Shown: piece by piece, positions 33,801 through 41,147 of the stretch | Layout of the letters: every line of letters starts with the position of its first letter | Numbering within the stretch: position 1 is the first letter of the stretch | Source of the DNA: a virus | Taxonomy: Duplodnaviria > Caudoviricetes | IMG/VR virus record: IMGVR_UViG_3300028805_000060 | Span: 64,001-128,000 of that record | Direction: 5' to 3' (one strand) | DNA: 64,000 nt | Position numbers and translations under genes: made by a program | The notes under the pieces: model-generated | Told to the model about the DNA's origin: nothing | Databases searched by the model: none | What the model saw: the letters and a program-made list of their open reading frames with translations, nothing else

Positions 33801-34930
33801 ACATCAATTTTAGCAGAGCTCTTTTTTCTACCAATATTTTTTAATCCCATATTACCAGCTTTCGCGCCTCTGCTCCCTCTTTGAGCAAATTCTTGACCTG
33901 GAGTAAGAGAAGAACCATGACCGATAGAGATATTACCTTTTGACAAAGCTGTTTCTGCTATGTTACTAAAAGTCACAGGGGTTATCTTTGCCATTTTTAA
34001 TAAATCTGTTTTCATCCCAGCCCAAGCAGGCGATTTAGTAATATAATCATATTGGGAATTACCTTCTATTCCTTTTATAATTTTATCTGCTTCTTTGGGA
34101 TTAGTAGCAGCTAAAAAATAAATTGATTTTAGATTAGACTCAATTTGTCTCTTATAATAGATACTGTTTTCTTTATTGTTATATTTAGCAATTTGGTTAG
34201 AATATTCTTCTTGGATTTGCCTGATACGTACTCCAAAATTAAGTCTTTGTGTTTTTAATAAATTTTCATTAATTTTAGTTATATCAATACCTAATTCTTT
34301 AGAGAGCTCTTTTTTAGCCTCATCCATTTCTGCTTTAGTAGCGACTAAAGTATCAACGTTATTTATAGAAGAAGCGGGATAAAAATATTTTCTAATATCA
34401 TCCCTTTTTGATTGAGGTAAAGAACCTGTGCTTCTAATTTCTTTATTAGCTTCTCTAATCATTGCTTGAATTTTGCCACCAGGTTTACTTATAAGTTCTG
34501 CTAATGTATCAAATTCAGCTTCTTGAAGAGTACACCAACCTTCCTCTCCTGTTCTTTTACTTCTATAGTAAACGAGACTATTAGCTTCTTGGTGTCCGTT
34601 TTTAGAAATTATACCTGCTCCTGTCTCTAAGGCAAACCCATATTCAACTCCTAATTCAGGATGCCCTTTTGGATAAAATACTAATTGATCTTTACTATCA
34701 TCAATTCCACAATCTCAGTTAAGCGATCCAAGATAAGAATATATATCATTAAGAGAGCGCTGAACAGAAATAGCTCTAGAAATAGAGTTCTCTTTAATTT
34801 GAGTTAATTCACTTTTAGTTAGCTCTTCTCCCAGAGTAATATCTAAACGAGAAGAAAAATATTCACCTGTATAGCTTTTATACTTTTCACCAAGTATTGA
34901 TTGTATATCACTTATATTTCTTATAGCCAT
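21809..34930 (-). CDS. giant tape measure protein fused to an N-terminal two-barrel RNA polymerase-like region and a PD-(D/E)XK nuclease domain; 3 exons (34930-27814, 27498-27014, 25684-21809), ~3825 aa, code 4
   Basis: all fragments share one frame once TGA=Trp and two introns are removed; TP901-type TMP core (ELDKAMTNLRIVSG, EWLRQG, VVDKLTAID, GQALKTIISR, AFAGTRQRN); KKRVWREGLGFVYEAD; NADVDGD at 31196-31216. Confidence 0.85.
25685..27013 (-). mobile_element. group I intron with homing endonuclease ORF (1329 nt)
   Basis: 5' exon CAGGU pairs with GCCUG (U.G wobble); P10 GUCUUGU pairs with 3' exon ACAAGAC; P 26932-26941, Q 26908-26917, R GTAGAGACTA 25835-25844, S AAGTTATAGTCC 25801-25812; terminal G at 25685; splicing restores AFAG|TRQRN. 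Confidence 0.9.
25864..26865 (-). CDS. intron-encoded homing endonuclease (N-terminal helical repeats plus C-terminal PD-(D/E)XK/Vsr-like domain), 333 aa, code 4
   Basis: AAGGAGG RBS; MARFR-TGA-TDEKIELLKQYYP; repeat YDKEVLLEKL...TP...PSEITFRRYFGS; SKTEEIISNFL...RFDW...IEYFG; flanked by the CTATTGTGTTA/TAACACAATAG stem. Confidence 0.75.
27499..27813 (-). mobile_element. group I intron without ORF (315 nt)
   Basis: P1 GACU|UA pairs with UAGGUC (U.G at the splice site); P ATGCTGGAAA 27746-27755, Q AATCAGCAGG 27667-27676, R CATCGACTA 27633-27641, S GATATAGTC 27562-27570, P3 GCACTT/AAGTGC; terminal G at 27499; splicing restores KDLTSSLKGFKLEA. Confidence 0.92.
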
Positions 34931-34945
34931 AATAATTCCTCCTTT

Positions 34946-35014
34946 CTATAGAATAAATAGAGAATTATCTGAAATTCTCTTACCTGTGTTATTATTTGAT
35001 ATCTTTACTTTCAT
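34946..35014 (-). CDS. possible 22-aa leader peptide
   Basis: GGAGG RBS, MKVKISNNNTGKRISDNSLFIL-TAG, ending just before the RBS of the TMP-RNAP gene. Confidence 0.3.
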   Translation of the reverse strand: MKVKISNNNTGKRISDNSLFIL

Positions 35015-35047
35015 ATAATCCTCCATCATTTATATCAAATATCTGTT

Positions 35048-35078
35048 AAAAAAAGAGGATTCAGTCTCCTGAATCCTG
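35048..35078 (-). terminator. rho-independent terminator
   Basis: AGGATTCAG-GAGA-CTGAATCCT followed by C-T7. Confidence 0.75.
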
Positions 35079-35132
35079 TATTTCATAATACCTGCTAATA
35101 TCTATTTTTTAACAGATATTTATTGTCTAAAA

Positions 35133-36083
35133 TTAAATAGTTTTATATTCTAATAACTTGTTATGTTGATAACATTTTCCATCTTCAATAACTAATACAT
35201 TGCATACTCCACTGTAAGCTGTGCAAGCATCAATTGCAATAAGATTTGGGGAATAGAAAATATTAAAATCAATTTCAGTCTTATCTCTTGTTCTTCAATA
35301 ATCAGTGCCATAGTAATGAACTTTAAATTCAAAACAATGCCAATGGCCACATACTAATATTTTTCCTTTTTCTTTTTCTGAATCAAATAAACCTCTGTCA
35401 AACAAAGCATATGGACAACCTCAAGTTGCTTGTTCAAAATCTTCATTAGATGAATTCGTTCTCCAGTCTTCTTTTTCAAACAATGATTCATAGTTCGGTT
35501 GATACATGTGCATCCCTTTAGGTTTATTCACAGGAATAAAAGCATGACAGAAAATATAATTGTCTAATTCAAAATAATCATTTCACTCATTAGAATCAAA
35601 AATCCAATTTAAAATATCAGTTTTTTTCACTTTATTAACAATTTTTTTCCATATCTTTTTGCCATAAGCAATGTCATTTTTTGTAACCCAACTAAAACAA
35701 TAATTTTCCATTGAATCTATTATTTCTTTAAGATATTCATAATCTGTTTTTAAAGAACTCTCTTCATGAAGGTTTAACCCTGCTAATTGAAAAACTGTTA
35801 ACATAGTCCCATTGCTGATATCATAACTATTAGGGAGAGATTTATTAAGAAGGTCTCTCAATAGATATTCATGATTGCCTCTAATTAATATTCTTTTTTC
35901 TTTTGGCAATGTTCTAACAAAATTTAAAGTTTCTAAAGTTTGATCACCTCTGTCAAAAAGATCCCCATTTATAATAAGAATATGTTCATCATTATTAATA
36001 TCAAACCCTGCTTCATCTAAAGCCTGTTTAAATGGGGTAAAAAAACTATGAACATCTGATGTGATAAAATATTTTTTACTCAT
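35133..36083 (-). CDS. calcineurin-like metallophosphoesterase (code 4, 316 aa)
   Basis: SDVH, GDLFDRG, GNHE; read-through supplies the missing CHA and CGHWH motifs and IAIDACTAYSG. Confidence 0.88.
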
Positions 36084-36121
36084 TTTTCTTCTCTCCTTGG
36101 AACCGTTAATTTTGATTACAT

Positions 36122-38398
36122 TTATCTCTCTAAGAATTTTTCTCTTAGAGAGATAATGTCTGTTTTGAATGGATATTCTTTTGTTTCTTTGTTATAATAA
36201 GTATTATACAATTCTTTACAATATCCATAGAATAAGTTCTCTATACTAGAAGTTAGCATACCTGTTTTAGTGATATAGCCACATCTTAAAGTAGTCTGTG
36301 CTACACCTCTTAATTTTTTCCATAATTTATAATATCCTGTTTTTAATTTTGTCATAAAACCATTCTGATCTACAAAAACAAAACCTTCGATAAATTCATC
36401 GTTATATTTATAATCTTCTTCTTGAGATTCATAATAGAGATTTCTAAAATCTTCCCAAGTTTTTAATTCATATAACTTTTGTTTAATAGGGCAACCAATG
36501 TAAGTTGCAATATTTTGTAGTCTAGAATAATCTAAAATTTCATATTCTAATTCATTTTTAACCCCATCTAAAAGAACAAGTTTAGATTCATTATATTTAA
36601 TAATATGAGAGTCTTTTTCTATATCTATGCATTCAAACACTAAAGAATAACTATCTCCATCCTCATAGGCTGTTTTTAATAACTTTAATGTTTTTTCATA
36701 ATAAGGTTTCAATTGTTGCTTAATATATTCAACATAATCTCCACCTGTTGTAGATTTAGAAGCTATAAATAAATTATCTTTATTTGGATTATATGAAACT
36801 ATTGCTAAGAAACCATTCTCCTTTAAATAGGCTTTAACAGGAAAAGCTAGTTTATTTTTCAAAGTAGCTAATTCAGTTTCAGGTCTTTCATTAATATTAA
36901 AGAACTTTTGATATGACCTTGCTATAATACTATTATTTATAGTATCAATAAATAATCCTCTTGCTAAAACGGTCTGTCTATTCCAGTTTCCTTTTAAAAA
37001 GGCTTCTCTACTAAAATTGAATGATGAAATACCATCAGATAATGTTTTTTCATTTACAAATTTATTATTTCTTAAATAGGCAATTGCTTCTTCTACCGTT
37101 TTAACTTTTCGTTCTTCTGTAACTAAATTTTCATCTACAGGTTGACAATCTTCTAATTCAATAATATTCCAGCCAAATAAAGTATTTAAGCCATACGGAA
37201 TTCTATCCCCAGATTCAGTTATTCCATAAGCTGGAATTATACCTTTAGTTTCTAATTCAACAATTCTTAAATTACCACCAAACTCGACTTTACCTTCCAA
37301 GTTAAAAACTCTATCGGCAAGTCTGGTTTCAGAATCTTCTGTATTTCTATGCCCATGAATTAAGTATTGATTATCTTTAGTTTGACCCATCCAAGATTCA
37401 GCAATAGTTAAATAATCTTCATAATTTCCTACGCCTTTAATTATAGATTTAGTAGGAAAATATAATAAATTAGTATTTAAATTAGGAATACCTCCATGAC
37501 AAGCAAGTATTTCTACCCCATTGTACATTATGTGAGAAAATTGTCTAAATTTTCTATACAATTCCCTAGCAGATTTTTCACTAAATCCTTTGGCAATTAA
37601 TTCTTTTTTAGTTTTATACTCAAACTCATTTGAATTTGTAGGAGACCCACAACCATAATCATACAAATGTCTCTCATGATTGCCTTCTAATAAACAAACA
37701 TTTGGTTTATCTTTAATAGAATTTAAGAATTGTAAAACTTCTACATTCTGATTTCCACGATCAATATAATCACCTAAAAAGATGTATTCAGTATCATCTT
37801 TTAATCCATTTTTAAAATCTGGATATTGCATTAGAGTATCATAACAACCATGAATATCTCCAACAAAAACCAACTTTTTATACTCAGATAAATCAACTGG
37901 CTTCTCTAAAATCTGATCTAGCTCATTAGGTTTAACAACAGTTACCCCTGAAGGAACTGACTGTGTAGCAAATCTAGCATATATATTTTCTATGGCTTTT
38001 TGAGGAACTTGTTTGTATTCAGGTCTCATCTTATTTTGAGCAATACAAGTCTCTAAAGGAACATCAGTAAAATCAACACAATACATCCTATATCTATAAG
38101 AAGATGCAAGATTTTTATATTGTTGTATATCTTTTGTCTTTGATGCAGTTGCATCAATAACTGTGAACTCACCACGAGACATTCTATACTCAAGAATTTT
38201 GAATAATACTTCCCAAGTCATAGATTCATTTTCTCTATTCTGAGATATTTTTAATTCCCCTGTAGGTTGCATTTCTAATGAACTGCAATATACTCTTAAA
38301 TCATCAGGTGAAAGAGTATAAGGTTCTAAATGATGTTCTTTGATCCAAGTCGTCTTACCTGCACCTGGAGCTCCTCTTAATATAACTAATGTTCTCAC
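36122..38398 (-). CDS. polynucleotide kinase - metallophosphatase - T4 Rnl1-like RNA ligase fusion (RNA repair)
   Basis: GAPGAGKT P-loop, SPDDLR, IDAT; GDIHG, GDYIDRG, GNHE, HGH; ARGLF, KFFN, KENG (adenylated Lys motif), EGFV, KLK. Confidence 0.9.
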   Translation of the reverse strand: MRTLVILRGAPGAGKTTWIKEHHLEPYTLSPDDLRVYCSSLEMQPTGELKISQNRENESMTWEVLFKILEYRMSRGEFTVIDATASKTKDIQQYKNLASSYRYRMYCVDFTDVPLETCIAQNKMRPEYKQVPQKAIENIYARFATQSVPSGVTVVKPNELDQILEKPVDLSEYKKLVFVGDIHGCYDTLMQYPDFKNGLKDDTEYIFLGDYIDRGNQNVEVLQFLNSIKDKPNVCLLEGNHERHLYDYGCGSPTNSNEFEYKTKKELIAKGFSEKSARELYRKFRQFSHIMYNGVEILACHGGIPNLNTNLLYFPTKSIIKGVGNYEDYLTIAESWMGQTKDNQYLIHGHRNTEDSETRLADRVFNLEGKVEFGGNLRIVELETKGIIPAYGITESGDRIPYGLNTLFGWNIIELEDCQPVDENLVTEERKVKTVEEAIAYLRNNKFVNEKTLSDGISSFNFSREAFLKGNWNRQTVLARGLFIDTINNSIIARSYQKFFNINERPETELATLKNKLAFPVKAYLKENGFLAIVSYNPNKDNLFIASKSTTGGDYVEYIKQQLKPYYEKTLKLLKTAYEDGDSYSLVFECIDIEKDSHIIKYNESKLVLLDGVKNELEYEILDYSRLQNIATYIGCPIKQKLYELKTWEDFRNLYYESQEEDYKYNDEFIEGFVFVDQNGFMTKLKTGYYKLWKKLRGVAQTTLRCGYITKTGMLTSSIENLFYGYCKELYNTYYNKETKEYPFKTDIISLREKFLER

Positions 38399-38401
38399 TT
38401 A

Positions 38402-38908
38402 TTATCTCCTGTCTAACATAATTTCATCAATTGTTTTATATAATTGATCTAACACTTTATCACACTTTTCAACAGTATCTGTATCTAAGAATACATCTCT
38501 TTCTCTATAGCAATCTATTACATACCACCAATCTCAATTTAAATCGACCGTTTTACCATCGACTTCAATAAAATCAGTCATAGCATAATCATCCATAAAA
38601 ACAGGATATTCAACGTTTTTATATATAAATGTTCCGATGCAAGGGAATGTATTCTCTGGTGTATCATATGCTGAAACGAATTTATCAGCTTTTGTCGAAT
38701 CTATTTCTTTATAATATTCGGGGAAATCAAATAAAAGGCTTCTCATGTCTTCATATACATCAAAACAAGCACTTATTTTTTGATCACAAAATTCTATTTC
38801 TTTTTGAGAATATTTCTTCGCTATTCAATGTCTCTTTTTATTAAGAATCAAAGAAATTCTGAATAAATAAGCTTTATAAATCCTTTTTTCAATTTCTTCT
38901 TTTGTCAT
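38402..38908 (-). CDS. hypothetical protein (code 4, 168 aa)
   Basis: ATG 38908 with GGAGG RBS; read through two TGAs to TAA 38402. Confidence 0.6.
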
Positions 38909-38981
38909 AATGAACCTCCAATATTTAAGAAATTAATTCATGAATTTAAAAATTGTTAATTCCATCAATTAATTTTTTAAA

Positions 38982-39031
38982 TTTTTTCAAGATTTTTAGA
39001 CCCCATTTTAACGAAGCCTAAAAATCTTGAA
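38982..39031 (-). terminator. long hairpin, probable terminator
   Basis: TTCAAGATTTTTAG...CTAAAAATCTTGAA 14-bp perfect stem, extendable with G.U pairs. Confidence 0.5.
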
Positions 39032-39127
39032 CTTTAACCTAGGATTATATAGATCTGGGGGCGAACTCCCAGTTCTACGGTGTACACCTGATGTGTACAC
39101 AAAAGCGCCTTGATATTATCCTAAAGA

Positions 39128-40069
39128 TTAAATAATTGTTTTAAATGCAACTTCAATCTTGAATGTTTGCCCTGCATTAGCATTGGTGCAATCAGCATCT
39201 TGACCTTCGATCCATACAACTAATGTTACAAAAACATCTTCTCCATTAACTTGGAAAGTGTGTGAATCACTTGCAACTTCAGAAGCTACCACTGTATTAT
39301 TTGAAGCTTTAATTGTTGAATATAAAGTTTCATTTTCAGTAATTGCAGTAGTAACTGGCTTTGTTGCATTATCAGCAACATTTGAATAAATACCTACTAA
39401 TGTAGTTAATGCACCCTCTGTTGCTCCTGTATATAAAGCACAACGAGCAGCATTTGCTATACCATTCATTTTATAGTAATTGCCAGAAGGAATTGTTTCA
39501 CCATTATCAATAACTGTAAATACTCCATCTACATAAGAATATGCTGTTCCATCTGAAGTTTCAGTTCCATCGCTTGTATATTTAGTGTAGAACTTTAAAA
39601 TTGATAGATAAACATCTTCTGGTGTTTCTTGTGGTTCTGATAAATGTAAAGCGAAAGTATATGTTGCCCAATAACCATTTGAAGAATTTGTTATTTCAAT
39701 AACTTCACTTCCTGTTTGATCTGAAGATAGTTGGAACTTTGTAGTGTCTTCTGCTACTCCACCTTCACCATTATTGATATAGTTTCCACTATTTACAATA
39801 GCATTAAATCTTGTTTTACCATCAGCAGTAGATGAAGGGTATAATTTACTTTCACCAAAATCTTCATCTGCAGTAGCAATATTTGCATAAGTACCACTTG
39901 CTGAGTTTTTAATTAACAAGTTTACTGGTGTTGTGGCGGTTAATTCCATACCACTAGCAGTAACTGTAGTATTCATTGAGAACCATGCAAAGGTTGATGT
40001 TCCTAAAGCAATAAATGCTAAAGCAACTGATAATACAGAAATCATTAATTTTGTTGCAATTTTTTTCAT
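39128..40069 (-). CDS. secreted protein with SipW-cognate-type signal peptide (TasA/CalY/BsaA-like fibre subunit)
   Basis: MKK + hydrophobic helix + GTSTFAWF; C-terminal LVVWIEGQDADCTN. Confidence 0.7.
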   Translation of the reverse strand: MKKIATKLMISVLSVALAFIALGTSTFAWFSMNTTVTASGMELTATTPVNLLIKNSASGTYANIATADEDFGESKLYPSSTADGKTRFNAIVNSGNYINNGEGGVAEDTTKFQLSSDQTGSEVIEITNSSNGYWATYTFALHLSEPQETPEDVYLSILKFYTKYTSDGTETSDGTAYSYVDGVFTVIDNGETIPSGNYYKMNGIANAARCALYTGATEGALTTLVGIYSNVADNATKPVTTAITENETLYSTIKASNNTVVASEVASDSHTFQVNGEDVFVTLVVWIEGQDADCTNANAGQTFKIEVAFKTII

Positions 40070-40173
40070 ACTGTTGTAATCTCCTTTAATTTTTGAAATT
40101 AATTTAAACTAATATACTTTTACGTTTCTGATTAGTTAACAGCATGACTCCTGTTTTTAAAGCAGGCAAAATT

Positions 40174-40202
40174 ATTTTATATTATTTTTTATAACAAGTC
40201 AA
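40174..40202 (-). promoter_or_regulatory. sigma70/sigmaA-type promoter of the SipW-type gene
   Basis: TTGACT-N17-TAAAAT. Confidence 0.7.
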
Positions 40203-40379
40203 GTAATAATAAACAAAAATGTTCTACTCGATTTTACAACTGCCACGCTTAGGGAGGGGCATCTCCAGATTTCAAAATATGAATTATTTTAGAACATTAT
40301 CGAAAATTACTGACAAAATAAATATTAAATATCTATGTTTCAAATAAAAGCTTCCTTTTATTTTATAAAAATGTTAATT

Positions 40380-40898
40380 TTATGTAAACAAAGAATCAAT
40401 TTGTCTATTAGTTATAGACTTTATTAAAGAAGTAAGATAATATAATACCAACCCATTCGTTGAATCATAAGAAGCTCTTCAAACAGAAAGTTCACCTTCC
40501 ATAATAAAAATATTCATGTTAGGATGAGTACTATCATATTCAGGAAGGGATGCTGTCCCTGTCATAAGTCTCATATACTCCTTAGCCTGTGCTTCATTTG
40601 TATTTGAGCTATTATATTTAATAATTAATACAGTAGACTCTTCAATTATACTAGGAACAGCCGAATAAGCGGACAAAGATTGCCCGCTTATATTCGTCGT
40701 AGCATCTATAGCAAAACAAGGAATATCTTTAAATAAAGCTAAATCATTTTGGTTATACAAAGCTCTGGATAGAGTTCCTGTAAGAGAACCATTGAAATAA
40801 ATGTCTCCTCACTTAGAATTGTCGCTTCCGAGGTCTATATTAGCAGACCCTGGACTAACTTTATTTCTATATATTTTTACAACATCTGTTGCTGCCAT
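40380..40898 (-). CDS. fibre-associated protein (code 4, 172 aa)
   Basis: AGGAGG RBS; DLGSDNSK-TGA(W)-GDIY fibre motif; C-terminal SITNRQIDSLFT. Confidence 0.6.
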
Positions 40899-40937
40899 AT
40901 AAACCTCCTTTTATAATTTTTTCATTAAATATAACAA

Positions 40938-41147
40938 TTAGTATAAGAATGTAGGGTGTATATCTATATAAACACCACCAGACGCACTATGTCTAATCAT
41001 TCTAAATAAAACACCATTGCAACTAGAAGGAGGATAAAATATAGTACTATAACCATTTTCAAGACCCATAGTAGTTGCATTCCCTATTGTTATTGATCCA
41101 GTGTTATCTATTGGGCTATCAAAGAATAGAATTAAATCAAAATACAT
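40938..41147 (-). CDS. small hypothetical ORF, or frameshifted C-terminus of the upstream fibre
   Basis: overlaps the end of the giant fibre in another frame; no clear RBS. Confidence 0.35.
   Translation of the reverse strand: MYFDLILFFDSPIDNTGSITIGNATTMGLENGYSTIFYPPSSCNGVLFRMIRHSASGGVYIDIHPTFLY

Noticed and set aside
14603-34930. Interpretation of the fragmented ORFs as pseudogenes of a decayed prophage
   Set aside because: Every internal stop is TGA and the fragments stay in frame; the only other breaks are the two introns. Decay would produce TAA/TAG stops and frameshifts.
39075-39105. Hammerhead ribozyme suggested by CTGATG on the plus strand
   Set aside because: The sequence is CTGATGT rather than CUGANGA, lies in a hairpin loop, and has no GAAA core
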